From Alkalispirochaeta sp. (GTDB lineage Bacteria > Spirochaetota > Spirochaetia > DSM-27196 > Alkalispirochaetaceae): a stretch of 64,000 nucleotides of DNA. The notes under the pieces are model-generated. The model made no database searches and was not told the DNA's origin. It saw nothing but the letters and a program-made list of their open reading frames with translations. Of the stretch, positions 9,649 to 20,226 are shown piece after piece (positions within the stretch are counted from its first letter, which is position 1; every line of letters begins with the position of its first letter). The position numbers were made by a program, and so were the translations under genes. Location of the stretch: assembly GCA_965242725.1 (NCBI GenBank), contig CBDESZ010000025.1, forward strand, positions 192,001 through 256,000. Direction: 5' to 3'.

Positions 9649-11406
9649 ATGAAAATATCCGTCCGTTTGCGGCTCGCCCTCTTCGGGCTTGCGGCGATAA
9701 TAATAGTTGCACTCCTCAGCGTTTTTATATCTCTCTATTTTTATCGATTACAGATCGAAGAGCTTTATGAACGGGACTTTCTCGGCCGTATCTATGAAAT
9801 AGAATTGGACTACGCCGACGTGGACGCCACAAGCAGCGCCTCCAGTGCGGTTGAACAACTGCAGGAAGAGTTGCTCGTAAATCTGCAACGTCGGTTTGAG
9901 GGTCAGGAAGGGGCTCGTCCCTATATCATGAACGGCGACGGCGACCTGATTCTCTGGCCCGACGATCTCGGCCTCGACCGGAGTATCGCCCCGACGCTCC
10001 GCGGAATCGTTGATGAAGACGGAACGATCATGGATACCCTACCGACAAATCGGGGGCCCATGTGGTTCATCGGCCGTTACTACGATCCCTGGGACTGGTA
10101 TACGGGATATGTCGTGCCGGAGTCGGAACGGTTTGCCCTGTTCCGGCAGTTTGTCTATGTCCTGGTGGGAGCGACGATCCTCGCCGCCCTTGCCACGTTT
10201 GCCGGGTATTTCGCCGTTCTGGGAGTCATTCTCCGCCCGTTACGCCTGGTCTGCAACGCCCTTCAGCGGTACAGCGACGGCGATCTGCGGATTCGCATTG
10301 CGGTCCACCGGAAAGACGAGGTCGGTGAAATAGGCGAGGGAATTAACGTCTTTGCCGACAGGTTGTCCGAAATCATCGGACGCATTAAAAACAGCTCCAA
10401 CGTGAATATATCAATTGAAAAAAGATTGAATTCTTCAAGCCGCGATGCCGTGGAGGTCACCAAGACGATTACCGCCGCAACCGAAGATATCGCCGTCCAG
10501 ATTGATCGTCTCAACGATCTCGCCGGCCAGTCCGACGGATCGGTGGAACGGATCGGGACGGAAATAACCCGTCTCACTCAGCGCATCGAGGATCAGCTGG
10601 CGGCGGTCACCGAGTCTACGGCAAGCATCGAAGAGATGAGCAGTTCCCTTCGCAGCGTTGCGACCATTACCGCCAACCGAAAGGCGACGAGTGAACAGCT
10701 GCTGGTTGCCGCCAGGGAAGGGAGTGACCACCTGACCCATATGACGTCAATGGTGCGAACCCTTCTCGAAAAGGTCGATGAAATTTCAGACTTTGTCACT
10801 ATCATCAAAACGGTTGCCAATCAGACGGACCTGCTCGCGATGAACGCGGCGATCGAGGCCGCCCATGCAGGTGAAGCGGGGCGAGGTTTCGCCGTTGTCG
10901 CCGAGGAAATACGAAAGCTGGCTGAAGAAGCGTCGGCCCACTCCGCGTCCACCTCCACCCGGATAAAGGAGATCGTGGACGCCGTCGAGGAGGCAGCAAC
11001 CTCCAGTCAGAATACAGAGCAGACCTTCAGGGATATCGAGACCGAGATATCTGCCGTTGTCGATTCCCTCGGGGAGATCGCCTCCAGTGCCGCAGAGCTC
11101 TCGACGGGAAGCACTGAAATCACCAAAGCGATGGAGATTCTCCGGGACGTTTCTGGCGACGTCCAGGAAGGAGCCGCCACGGTCATGGAGGAATCCCGGA
11201 ACGTCGGCACCGCTGTCGGTGAACTGCGCAACCGATCGGCGGACGTACTGCGGGTATCCGGTGACATAGCCCGGCAGGCGCGGACCGCAAGCGAAACGAT
11301 CACGTCCGTGGCGACAATCGCCGATGAGCTTGGTGAATCGACCCGGGATCTGGATAGGCAGATTGCCGTCTTTACAACCGAGGACGGGGACGTTTCCGAG
11401 GACTGA
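9649..11406 (+). CDS. Methyl-accepting chemotaxis protein
   Basis: Two TM segments, HAMP domain, [35 protein letters not shown]. Confidence 0.95.
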   Translation: MKISVRLRLALFGLAAIIIVALLSVFISLYFYRLQIEELYERDFLGRIYEIELDYADVDATSSASSAVEQLQEELLVNLQRRFEGQEGARPYIMNGDGDLILWPDDLGLDRSIAPTLRGIVDEDGTIMDTLPTNRGPMWFIGRYYDPWDWYTGYVVPESERFALFRQFVYVLVGATILAALATFAGYFAVLGVILRPLRLVCNALQRYSDGDLRIRIAVHRKDEVGEIGEGINVFADRLSEIIGRIKNSSNVNISIEKRLNSSSRDAVEVTKTITAATEDIAVQIDRLNDLAGQSDGSVERIGTEITRLTQRIEDQLAAVTESTASIEEMSSSLRSVATITANRKATSEQLLVAAREGSDHLTHMTSMVRTLLEKVDEISDFVTIIKTVANQTDLLAMNAAIEAAHAGEAGRGFAVVAEEIRKLAEEASAHSASTSTRIKEIVDAVEEAATSSQNTEQTFRDIETEISAVVDSLGEIASSAAELSTGSTEITKAMEILRDVSGDVQEGAATVMEESRNVGTAVGELRNRSADVLRVSGDIARQARTASETITSVATIADELGESTRDLDRQIAVFTTEDGDVSED

Positions 11407-11440
11407 CGGAGCGCAACAGGAGATTATATATACAGCCCCG

Positions 11441-12193
11441 TTACCGCCCGTCGCCGCCGTGGCGTCCCAGTATCAGCGACGAGTTTTTCACCGAACTGCG
11501 CAGCCATCGGTTGAGGATCTGTACACGTTCCTCTTCGGTAAGATGCCAGGGGAGATCCGATGACCGCAGACGATCGCCCAATCGGTTCAGGCAGACAGCG
11601 GCGGAGACGGAGATGTTGAGACTTTCCACAAAACCATACATCGGGATACGAAGGTATTCGTCCGCCTCAGACAGAACTGCATCGGACAATCCCTCCTTTT
11701 CCGCACCGAAGAATACGGCGATTGGTCCGTCCGTAAGGGAGAGGGTCTCCGGAGTGACGTCATCACGGTGGGGCGTCGTCGCCACGATGCGATAACCCCG
11801 TCGCCTGAGAGCGGTTATCGCTTCGGTCGTCCCTCCCAGAGGGGCGGTACCGTCGTAACCGGGGATGCTCGTTCCGTGAAACGTTTCTTCCCGGTACCGG
11901 TACAGACTCAGCCACTGTGCGGTCCCGAGTTCCACGCCGGGGTTTACGTGGTACTTGTTCCGATTTTCGATGATGTGAACATCCTGCACACCAAAGGCGT
12001 CACACGACCTGAGTACGGCGCTGCCGTTGTGGGGCTGAAAGACGTCTTCCACCGCGACGGCGATGTAACGGCTGCGATTGTCCAGAACTTCTTCCATACG
12101 GGCCAGCCGCCGTTCGGAGACAAACGGGCTGAGTATTTCCACCTCACGAAGGATCTGATCGCCTGATTTTTCGGTCGAATAGGGGTCTTTCAT
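11441..12193 (-). CDS. trmH: TrmH/SpoU family RNA 2'-O-methyltransferase
   Basis: QPHNGSAVLRSCDAFG, FGAEKEGLS, IPMYGFVESLNISVSAA. Confidence 0.88.
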   Translation of the reverse strand: MKDPYSTEKSGDQILREVEILSPFVSERRLARMEEVLDNRSRYIAVAVEDVFQPHNGSAVLRSCDAFGVQDVHIIENRNKYHVNPGVELGTAQWLSLYRYREETFHGTSIPGYDGTAPLGGTTEAITALRRRGYRIVATTPHRDDVTPETLSLTDGPIAVFFGAEKEGLSDAVLSEADEYLRIPMYGFVESLNISVSAAVCLNRLGDRLRSSDLPWHLTEEERVQILNRWLRSSVKNSSLILGRHGGDGR

Positions 12194-12318
12194 GGTGCAG
12201 GAAGGGTAAACTGCGGGGGCGACGGAAACAAGAGGCTCTGGACCGGAATGCAGCCGGTTGGAGCGCGGTGGACAAGAAAATCGAGAGACGATACAAGGAA
12301 ACCCAGAAAGGAGCGGTG

Positions 12319-13725
12319 GTGAAAAAACAGATTGACGGCGTATCCATCGAGCAGGTGGACTCCCGGGGCAGAGGTCGGGGTCGCATAGTCGCGGGTGACG
12401 GAACGGAACGCCCCCTCTATGTCATGGGCGCGTATCCCGGAGAGATCGTAGACGTCCATATACGCGGAAGAAAACGAGGCGCCTACCTCGGAGAAGTGAC
12501 CGCGCGTCGGCCCGGGGAGGGCCCTGCGCGACGTCCCGCTTTCTGCCGCCACTTTGCCGACTGCGGGGGGTGCACCATTCAGGACCTTCCCTATGACGAG
12601 CAGCTGGCATACATGGACGCGATCGTCGCCGCCGCATTTGCCGAATATCCCGACGTTCCCCTTCCCGAACGGGCTCCCGTCATGGGGGCACCTTCGGAAC
12701 GCTTTTATAGGAACAAGCTTGAGTATTCATTCGGAGCGCAACGATGGCTCACGGCGGAGGAGATCCAAAATGACGCGACCGTATCAGATCGAAGGGGTCT
12801 CGGCTTTCACGCCCCGGGTCGATTTGACCGGGTGATCGACGTAACCGAGTGTTATCTCCAGCCGGAACCGTCGGAGCAGATCCGTGATTTCTTTCGGGAG
12901 CTGGCGCAGGCTCATGACCTCACCTTCTATGACGCCAGGGAACACACGGGATTGCTGCGCCTCCTTACGATCAGAACATCTCTGGCGGGAGAGTCGATGG
13001 TCATCGTCATGTTCGGTGAGGATGACCCGTCCGGTGTGGACCTGGTAATGGCGGAAACGCACAAACGCTTTCCCGGGCTCGCCTCCCTCAATTACGTGAT
13101 CAATACGACCAGGAACGACAGCCTCGCAAATCATACAGTCCGTCATTACGCCGGAAGTGAATGGATAACCGAAATATGCGGACCCAACCGCCTGCGCATT
13201 CGTCCCAAGGCGTTTTATCAGACCAACCCGGAACAGGCGGTGCGTCTCTATGAACGCGCGCTGTCGTTGGCGCACCTGCAGGGAGACGAGACGGTCTTTG
13301 ATCTCTATTGCGGTATTGGAAGCATATCGCTTTTCATTGCACCCCACGTTGCGTCCGTCGTAGGAATCGAAGTCGTCGACGATGCAGTCACCGCCGCCCG
13401 GGAAAACGCGCTGCTCAACGATATCGACAATGCCGTCTTTGTTTCCGGTCTGGTGGAGCAGACGCTGCCGGCGGTTATTGCGGAGCACGGTGCACCTGAT
13501 GTGGTTGTCCTTGATCCCCCGCGGGCGGGCCTCCACCCCGATGCACGGGCGACGATCAACGGCCTGCTGCCCCCGAAAATCGTCTACATCAGTTGCAACC
13601 CCCGCACCCAGGCGGAGGATATCGCCGTATTCTCCGAGTATTACGACGTAACGGCCATGCAGCCTGTCGATATGTTTCCTCAGACGAGGCATGTGGAGAA
13701 TATCGCCGTCCTGACCCGCCGGTAG
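12319..13725 (+). CDS. rlmD: 23S rRNA (uracil-1939-C5)-methyltransferase
   Basis: TRAM domain, CRHFADCGGC, YRNKLEY, FYQTN, DLYCGIG, DPPRAG, YISCNP, DMFPQTRHVE; start approximate. Confidence 0.92.
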   Translation: MKKQIDGVSIEQVDSRGRGRGRIVAGDGTERPLYVMGAYPGEIVDVHIRGRKRGAYLGEVTARRPGEGPARRPAFCRHFADCGGCTIQDLPYDEQLAYMDAIVAAAFAEYPDVPLPERAPVMGAPSERFYRNKLEYSFGAQRWLTAEEIQNDATVSDRRGLGFHAPGRFDRVIDVTECYLQPEPSEQIRDFFRELAQAHDLTFYDAREHTGLLRLLTIRTSLAGESMVIVMFGEDDPSGVDLVMAETHKRFPGLASLNYVINTTRNDSLANHTVRHYAGSEWITEICGPNRLRIRPKAFYQTNPEQAVRLYERALSLAHLQGDETVFDLYCGIGSISLFIAPHVASVVGIEVVDDAVTAARENALLNDIDNAVFVSGLVEQTLPAVIAEHGAPDVVVLDPPRAGLHPDARATINGLLPPKIVYISCNPRTQAEDIAVFSEYYDVTAMQPVDMFPQTRHVENIAVLTRR

Positions 13726-13776
13726 CACGCTCGTTGTATCGTTGACAGGGGTGGTGTCCCTCCGTACTCTTGATCC

Positions 13777-14223
13777 ATGGATCTGAAGAAAACACTTACT
13801 CCCGCGGTGCTCTTTCCCGCAATTGAGGCGTCCTCCCGGGATGATGCGATAGCGACGATGGTGAACCTTCTGGCTGCCGCACGCGGCGCCGAGCCGGTCG
13901 CCCCCCTTCTCGACGTGATCATGGAGCGGGAACGGAAGGACAGCACCGGACTGGAGCACGGCATCGCAGTTCCCCACGGGAAGACCGACGCGGTCGGCGA
14001 GCTCATCGCCGGTATCGGCCGCCTGGTCGAGCCGGTGGAGTGGGGAACCCGCGACGGATCGCCGGTACGAATTCTGATCATGACCATATCGCCCCTGGCG
14101 AGAACGGGGCCGCATCTGCAGTTCATTGGTGAGGTGGTGCGCCTCCTCAAGGATGAGTCGCACCGGGATGCCCTCATCGCCGCGCCGGACGCGGCGGCAA
14201 TGTACAAGGTGATGATCAAGTGA
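13777..14223 (+). CDS. PTS IIA (Fru/Ntr-like) domain protein
   Basis: RERKDSTGLEHGIAVPHG; TTGACA-17-TACTCT promoter 6 nt upstream. Confidence 0.9.
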   Translation: MDLKKTLTPAVLFPAIEASSRDDAIATMVNLLAAARGAEPVAPLLDVIMERERKDSTGLEHGIAVPHGKTDAVGELIAGIGRLVEPVEWGTRDGSPVRILIMTISPLARTGPHLQFIGEVVRLLKDESHRDALIAAPDAAAMYKVMIK

Positions 14224-15830
14224 CCCACCATGTGACGGTGCTGATCCTTCAACTCGCCGTCCTGATCACCGCCGCGATGGTGATGGGCCACCTCTTTGAA
14301 AAATTCCTTCGGCTCCCTCGTGTCCTGGGTGAGCTGGCGGCGGGCATGGCGGTCGGTCCCTTTGCGCTAGGACGGATATACTTTCCCGCCCTCGACCAGG
14401 TTCTTTTTCCTCTCGAGACGGGGAATACCCTCCCGGTGAGTGTGGAACTTTACGGCGTGGCAGTACTGGCGTCGGTAATCCTTCTGTTCCTCTCAGGGTT
14501 GGAGACCGATCTGCCCACATTCCTGAAGTTTTCCGGCGTGGGAAGCGTCGTCGGTCTCGGCGGTGTGGCGGCGTCATTCGCGCTGGGTAATCTCGCCGCG
14601 GTGATCTTCCTTCCCGAAGTATCGGGATTTTTCGATCCGGAGGCGCTCTTTCTCGGAACGTTGTCGACGGCGACATCGGTGGGAATCACCGCGCGGATTC
14701 TCTCGGAGCGGCGCAAAATGTCCAGCCCGGAAGGGGTGACGATCCTTGCCGCCGCCGTCCTGGACGATGTGATCGGAATTGTGCTGCTGGCGGTGGTCGT
14801 CGCCCTCTCGCGGGTGCACACAGGCGCCGTCGACTGGGGACAGGTGGGCCGCGTCGCGGCGAAAGCCTTCGGATTCTGGATCGGAAGCACAATCATCGGC
14901 ATTATCGCCGCGCCGCGTCTCGTGAGGGGACTGAAGAGATTCGGCTCTCTTGAAGAGATCGCCGGTATCAGTCTCGGACTGGCGCTGCTTCTCGCCGGCC
15001 TCGCGGAGACCGTCGGACTGGCGATGATTATCGGGGCCTACGTCATGGGTCTTTCTCTGAGCAGGACCGATGTGGCCGACCAGGTACGGGAGCGTCTTCA
15101 CGGACTGTACGCCTACCTGGTTCCCGTCTTTTTTGCCGTCATGGGAGTGATGGTCGATTTTCGCTCTCTCGCTCCGGTGGTGGTGTTTGGACTCATATTC
15201 ACCGCAATGGGGATCGTCGGCAAACTTGTGGGCTGCGGAATCCCCGCGCTGGCGATGGGCTTCAACCTTCGCGGCGCGCTGCGCATCGGATCGGGAATGC
15301 TTCCCCGGGGAGAGGTGACCCTCATCGTCGCGGGCATCGGACTGTCCGCCGGGGCGATCGGTCCCGATCTCTTCGGTGTGTCGGTGATGACCCTCCTGGT
15401 CAGCAGCCTCCTCGCCCCGCCGCTGTTAATCGGCAGCTTTCGCGGCGGGTCGGGATACCGCAAGCGTGAACGGGGTGGCGCCGACGAGGGAATGCGGCAG
15501 GTAACGCTGGACCTCCCGTCGACTTACGCCGCCGACTTTGTCCGTTCCCGGATCGTCGACGCCTTCAGAAACGAGGGCTTCTTCGTCTCCCGGGTGGATA
15601 TAAACTCCCGGATCTACCGTATACGGCAGAATGAAATCAATATCACCATGGTCCAGAACGAGGGATCCATCACCCTCTCCACACCGGGGGAAAATGAACA
15701 GCTCGTGCGGCTCATTCTCCTGGAAGAGCTGGTTGAGCTCAAGGCGCTTATCGGATCGCTGGAGGCGATGGGGAAGGCCCCCGACGTCCTGGGCAACGAC
15801 CTCATCGGGGGGCTCTTTGGCAACCGCTGA
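14220..15830 (+). CDS. Cation:proton antiporter (CPA2 family) with C-terminal extension
   Basis: Many TM helices; LFLSGLETD, ATSVGITAR, AAVLDD, GMLPRGEV. Confidence 0.9.
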   Translation: MTHHVTVLILQLAVLITAAMVMGHLFEKFLRLPRVLGELAAGMAVGPFALGRIYFPALDQVLFPLETGNTLPVSVELYGVAVLASVILLFLSGLETDLPTFLKFSGVGSVVGLGGVAASFALGNLAAVIFLPEVSGFFDPEALFLGTLSTATSVGITARILSERRKMSSPEGVTILAAAVLDDVIGIVLLAVVVALSRVHTGAVDWGQVGRVAAKAFGFWIGSTIIGIIAAPRLVRGLKRFGSLEEIAGISLGLALLLAGLAETVGLAMIIGAYVMGLSLSRTDVADQVRERLHGLYAYLVPVFFAVMGVMVDFRSLAPVVVFGLIFTAMGIVGKLVGCGIPALAMGFNLRGALRIGSGMLPRGEVTLIVAGIGLSAGAIGPDLFGVSVMTLLVSSLLAPPLLIGSFRGGSGYRKRERGGADEGMRQVTLDLPSTYAADFVRSRIVDAFRNEGFFVSRVDINSRIYRIRQNEINITMVQNEGSITLSTPGENEQLVRLILLEELVELKALIGSLEAMGKAPDVLGNDLIGGLFGNR

Positions 15831-17010
15831 CAAGGGTACCGGCGTTTACGCCGGGACCGACAAAGGGTCCGGCAGCGCCGGAACCAATAAAGGTACCGGC
15901 GTGTACGCCGGGACCAACAAAGGGTCCGGCAGCGCCGGAACCAACAAAGGGTCCGGCGCCGGCGCCGACCCCCGCGCCGGCACCAATATAGAGTCCGGCG
16001 GCAGCGCCGGCACCAATACAGGCGCCACCGCGGGCTCCCTGCATCGGCCGCACGGATCCGGGGAACACGCGCCTGAAGGGGCCGACTCCACCTTCATCGG
16101 CCGTATGCGGGCGCGACGCGGCCCCGTCGGGATCGCCCTCGGCGGCGGCGGAGCCCGGGGAATCGCGCATGTAGGGGTCCTTGAGGCGCTGGAGCACAAT
16201 TCCCGCCTCAGACCGACAATCTATGCCGGCACCTCCGCGGGAAGCGTCATCGCCGTCCTGGCGGCGGCGGGCCTTTCAGTGGCGGAAATAAGGGAGTTCT
16301 CCGCGGAACTGGAGTGGTTCAAGCACGTCATACCGGTCAAGGAGGTGATGGACCTTCGCAATCTCAACAAGGCGGGCCTCTTTCCCAATACCCGTCTTGC
16401 GGAGGTGGTGAATGAACGCATCGGCGGGCGAAGCTTCGATGAGCTTGAGTACGACGTGGCGGTGACGGCGACGGATATCGAAAACCGCCGGCGCATCATC
16501 ATGACCTCCCATCGCGTGGCGGAAAAGATGGATCGCCGCGTCCTGGAGCGATTTCTTCCTCCTCCCCGGGGCAATCTTCCCGGCGCGGAGACGCTCATTC
16601 TCTCCGATGTGGAGGATGTCGGTCTCGCCGTACGGGCAAGCTGCGCGGTGCCCGGATTTTTTCGTCCCGTGCGCATACACAACATGCAGCTCGTGGACGG
16701 CGGGCTCGTCGACCAGACGCCGGTGGATGTCGCAAAGGCGATGGGGGCGCGTTTTACCATTGGAGTGAGCCTCGCCCTCTCCTTCATGCCCCAGAAACTT
16801 GTCAACGCGAAGCACGCATTCAGCGGTACCGTGGGCATGCTTGGCATACAGCAGCTGCGGAAAAGTCTGGAGCTCGCCGATATCGGCTTTCAGGTATCGG
16901 GGATCGATTCCCGCAGTCCCGTCAGACCGCATCAGACCGATCTCATCGATGTCGGGCGAAGTGACATGGAGCGCAATATCAACGCCTATTTCAACGTCTC
17001 CGGTCGGTGA
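15817..17010 (+). CDS. Patatin-like phospholipase with low-complexity N-terminal extension (start 15817 TTG or 16105 ATG)
   Basis: LGGGGARG, GTSAG, DGG motifs. Confidence 0.85.
   Translation: MATADKGTGVYAGTDKGSGSAGTNKGTGVYAGTNKGSGSAGTNKGSGAGADPRAGTNIESGGSAGTNTGATAGSLHRPHGSGEHAPEGADSTFIGRMRARRGPVGIALGGGGARGIAHVGVLEALEHNSRLRPTIYAGTSAGSVIAVLAAAGLSVAEIREFSAELEWFKHVIPVKEVMDLRNLNKAGLFPNTRLAEVVNERIGGRSFDELEYDVAVTATDIENRRRIIMTSHRVAEKMDRRVLERFLPPPRGNLPGAETLILSDVEDVGLAVRASCAVPGFFRPVRIHNMQLVDGGLVDQTPVDVAKAMGARFTIGVSLALSFMPQKLVNAKHAFSGTVGMLGIQQLRKSLELADIGFQVSGIDSRSPVRPHQTDLIDVGRSDMERNINAYFNVSGR
15835..15960 (+). repeat. 57-bp in-frame tandem repeat (about 2.2 copies, built from 27-30-bp subunits)
   Basis: GGTACCGGCGT.TACGCCGGGACC.ACAAAGGGTCCGGCAGCGCCGGAACCAA.AAA at 15835 and 15892; encodes GTGVYAGT(D/N)KGSGSAGTNK. 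Confidence 0.9.
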
Positions 17011-17051
17011 CGGAGGGTGACGGAACGGGCGACTATCACTATCTTGAAGGT

Positions 17052-17579
17052 ATGAAAAACGAGACGATTATCCTCGGGGGAGGATGTTTCTGGTGCGTCG
17101 AGGCGGTTTACCGCCGACTTGAAGGCGTTGTGGACGTCGAGTCGGGATACGCCGGCGGCACCGTCGCAAACCCCACCTACCAGCAGGTCTGTACCGGATC
17201 AACGGGACACGCGGAAGTAGTGAAAATTACCTTTGACACCGACGTCATCTCACTTTCGGAGATTATCGATTTTTTCTGGAAGGCCCACGACCCGACAACT
17301 CTCAACCGCCAGGGGGCGGATGTGGGGACGCAGTACCGTTCGGTCATTTACTACACCGATGAAAAACAGCGGGAGGTCGCGGAAGCGAGCCGAAAGCGGG
17401 CCCAGGCCGATTTTTCCGCTCCCATCGTCACGGAAATAGAACGGGCCGGCGAGTTTTATCCCGCCGAGGGGTACCATCAGGACTATTACGAAGAGAACTC
17501 CCGGGCGGGGTATTGTCGCATGGTGATAGAGCCGAAACTGCGAAAGCTGGGGTTTGACGGTGCAACCATCACAACGTGA
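17052..17579 (+). CDS. msrA: Peptide-methionine (S)-S-oxide reductase
   Basis: GGGCFWC, GHAEVV, HDPTTLNRQGADVGTQYRS, AEGYHQDY. Confidence 0.96.
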   Translation: MKNETIILGGGCFWCVEAVYRRLEGVVDVESGYAGGTVANPTYQQVCTGSTGHAEVVKITFDTDVISLSEIIDFFWKAHDPTTLNRQGADVGTQYRSVIYYTDEKQREVAEASRKRAQADFSAPIVTEIERAGEFYPAEGYHQDYYEENSRAGYCRMVIEPKLRKLGFDGATITT

Positions 17580-18753
17580 CGCCGACGCGGCGCAGACGGG
17601 ATACAACCTCTTCTTTCAGAACAGCCTCACCCCGGAGGAGCTGAAGCGGCGCCGCGTCCCCCGTCCCGCCGACGATACGGACCTTCGGGGGCACTATTTC
17701 AGGGACACCACGGCGATCGTCCATTCCTATCCCTTCCGGCGGATGAAACACAAGACGCAGGTCTTCTTTGCGCCCCGGAACGACCACATCTGCACCCGCA
17801 TTGAACACGTCATGCATGTGGCGACGATCGCCGCGACGATCTGCCGTGCCCTCAACCTCGATTCAGACCTCGCCTGGGCGATCGGCATGGGTCACGATCT
17901 GGGGCACACCCCCTTCGGTCATCTGGGAGAGAAGATCCTCTCCCGGCTCAAGGGAATCGACGGATTTCGACACGAGATTTACAGCCTCCGCGTCGTTGAT
18001 CACCTTACCAACCACGGCAGGGGGCTCAACCTCACCTACGCCGTTCGGGACGGCATCATCAACCACTGCGGCGAAAAGTTCGAGCAATATCTGGAACCGG
18101 ACCATGAGGTGAAAAACCTGTCTGCCATCACGCGGCGCGACCATATGCCGAGTACCTGGGAAGGGGTGGCGGTACGCATGTCCGACAAGATCGCCTATTT
18201 GGGGCGCGATCTGGAGGACGCGATGCAGCTGGGACTCGTCTCCCGGGAGGAAATTCCCGCCAAAGGACGGCAGGTCCTCGGCGAGAGCAACTCCCGCATC
18301 ATCGACACCCTCGTCAACGACGTCATCCGTCAGTCCCTCTCCACCGGGCGTATCGGTTTTTCCGACGACGTCTACGAGGCGTTCATGGAGGTAAAGGACT
18401 TCAACTACCGGCGTATATATAACAGTCCCGTCCTCGCCGGCTACCACGAGTACTTCGAACGGATCCTGGAAACGCTCTACCACTATCTCCACGACCTTTT
18501 TGAACGCCACGGAACGGACCAGAAGGCGTATGACGCGGAACGGAACACCCTGGCGGCGCGATTCGGCGACTACGTCTGCAAGATGCAGGAGTTCTACGAG
18601 GGAGAATCGGGCGAGCCGTCGCAGATCGTCTTCGACTACATCGCGGGGATGACCGACGACTTCGCCATCGACAGCATTCAGGAGATCATGGTGCCGAGCC
18701 AGTTTACCGTGCAGTTCCACAAGCTGGAGCTGGGAATGGAGGCGGGATCATAA
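17560..18753 (+). CDS. HD-domain deoxyguanosinetriphosphate triphosphohydrolase-like protein
   Basis: FRRMKHKTQVF, TRIEH, GHDLGHTPFGHLGE, DKIAY, DYIAGMTD. Confidence 0.9.
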   Translation: MQPSQRDADAAQTGYNLFFQNSLTPEELKRRRVPRPADDTDLRGHYFRDTTAIVHSYPFRRMKHKTQVFFAPRNDHICTRIEHVMHVATIAATICRALNLDSDLAWAIGMGHDLGHTPFGHLGEKILSRLKGIDGFRHEIYSLRVVDHLTNHGRGLNLTYAVRDGIINHCGEKFEQYLEPDHEVKNLSAITRRDHMPSTWEGVAVRMSDKIAYLGRDLEDAMQLGLVSREEIPAKGRQVLGESNSRIIDTLVNDVIRQSLSTGRIGFSDDVYEAFMEVKDFNYRRIYNSPVLAGYHEYFERILETLYHYLHDLFERHGTDQKAYDAERNTLAARFGDYVCKMQEFYEGESGEPSQIVFDYIAGMTDDFAIDSIQEIMVPSQFTVQFHKLELGMEAGS

Positions 18754-19529
18754 CCCTTCCTCACGTTGCGGACAGCCACTTTCACAGCACCGCCATGGCC
18801 GATCGCGGTCTCGATCCTGAAGAAATTCTAAACGAACTTCGCCGGCACGATGCGGGACCCATGGTAGACGTGGCGATCGTCCCGGAAGACGCGGCTCGGC
18901 GGCGGGAACTCACCGGCATGATACCCGACGTTCATTATACGATGGGACTGCATCCCGGCTCGTCGGGCCGGGAGGACTGGGAGTACGCCCTGAATCTCAT
19001 CAGGGAAGAGCTTGCGACGGGTCGGTACCGCGCGGTGGGTGAGACGGGGCTTGACTGGTACCGCATGTACGCACCCCGGGAGCGTCAACTCGAGCTCTTC
19101 CGCCGCCATCTCGCCATGGCCGACGAGTTTTCCCTCCCCGTTGTCGTCCACAACCGCAGCGCCGACGAGGATTGTCTCGCCTTAATACGTGAGTTCTCAC
19201 CGGGGCGGGGCGGCGTGATGCATTGCTACAGCAGCGGTCCCGAGTGGGTGACCCCCTTTCTCGATGCGGGGTTGTACATCAGTTTTGCGGGAAACGTGAC
19301 CTTCAGGAATGCCGGGGAACTGCGGGAGGCGGCGCGTCGCGTCCCGGAGGAGCGGCTCCTGGTGGAGACGGATGCCCCATTTCTGGCCCCCCATCCCCAT
19401 CGGGGCAGAACCAATCATCCGGGATATCTGCCCGTTACCATCGCCGCTCTCGCGGAGGCGCGAGGCGTATCGCCCGAGCACCTTGCGGAGACGACGAGTG
19501 CCAATCTGCGCAGTTTTCTCGGTATCTGA
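18750..19529 (+). CDS. tatD: TatD family hydrolase (probable ATA start; first ATG is at 18795)
   Basis: DSHFH upstream of first ATG, GLHP, VGETGLD, VHNR, MHCYS, VETDAPFLAP. Confidence 0.88.
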   Translation: MTLPHVADSHFHSTAMADRGLDPEEILNELRRHDAGPMVDVAIVPEDAARRRELTGMIPDVHYTMGLHPGSSGREDWEYALNLIREELATGRYRAVGETGLDWYRMYAPRERQLELFRRHLAMADEFSLPVVVHNRSADEDCLALIREFSPGRGGVMHCYSSGPEWVTPFLDAGLYISFAGNVTFRNAGELREAARRVPEERLLVETDAPFLAPHPHRGRTNHPGYLPVTIAALAEARGVSPEHLAETTSANLRSFLGI

Positions 19530-19560
19530 TAACGTAGCGGTACAGCGTCGGCGTCGCCGG

Positions 19561-20226
19561 TTAAACGAGCGGGACAAACTGGAAGGCGTCGTGACGGGTC
19601 GTTTCAAGGCCGGTTTGCGTTCTCAGGACCCGTGTCATGATCGAGTATCCTCCCGACTCCACGGGAATCACCAGCCGCCCTCCGGGGCTCAGAATATCAG
19701 TGAATGACCGGGGAATATCTCCGGACTGGGCGGAGACGATAATCGCGTCAAATGGCGCGTCCTTGTAGGTCAGTTCTCTGGCATTACCCAGAAGGCGGTG
19801 AATTTTCGTCATTCCTGCGGCGGCAAGACGTTCTTCGGCGTAGGCGTACAGGTCGGGAATGACCTCTACGGTGGTGACCAGATCCTGGGAACCCACGATG
19901 TAGACGAGGAGAGCCGCCGCGTAACCGGAACCGGTGCCGATCTCCAGGACGCGGTCGCCGGCAGTTATCGCCGCGAGTTCAAGCATATATGCAACCGTAT
20001 AGGGCTGGCTGATCGTCTGGCCGCGTCCTATAGGGAGGGGCCGGTCTTCCCAGGAATTGTCTTTCTCTGACTCCGGAACAAAACAGTCCCGCGGGATGTA
20101 CCGGAAGGCGTCAAGAATCGCTCCCCGGGGTATACCCTTGCGGTGGAGCGTACCGACGAGGCATGCGGCGTTGTGACAGCCCCTGTGATGAGGGAGTCGA
20201 GATGATGCTGTCCTTCCGCCGGCCAC
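19561..20226 (-). CDS. pcm: Protein-L-isoaspartate O-methyltransferase
   Basis: GQTISQP, VLEIGTGSGY, PFDAIIV, GGRLVIP, FVPL. Confidence 0.93.
   Translation of the reverse strand: MAGGRTASSRLPHHRGCHNAACLVGTLHRKGIPRGAILDAFRYIPRDCFVPESEKDNSWEDRPLPIGRGQTISQPYTVAYMLELAAITAGDRVLEIGTGSGYAAALLVYIVGSQDLVTTVEVIPDLYAYAEERLAAAGMTKIHRLLGNARELTYKDAPFDAIIVSAQSGDIPRSFTDILSPGGRLVIPVESGGYSIMTRVLRTQTGLETTRHDAFQFVPLV

Noticed and set aside
12784..14163. 459-aa minus-strand ORF
   Set aside because: Antisense to rlmD and PTS IIA; no recognisable features
15835..15960. Repeats as a possible CRISPR array
   Set aside because: Contiguous tandem units without unique spacers; no cas genes
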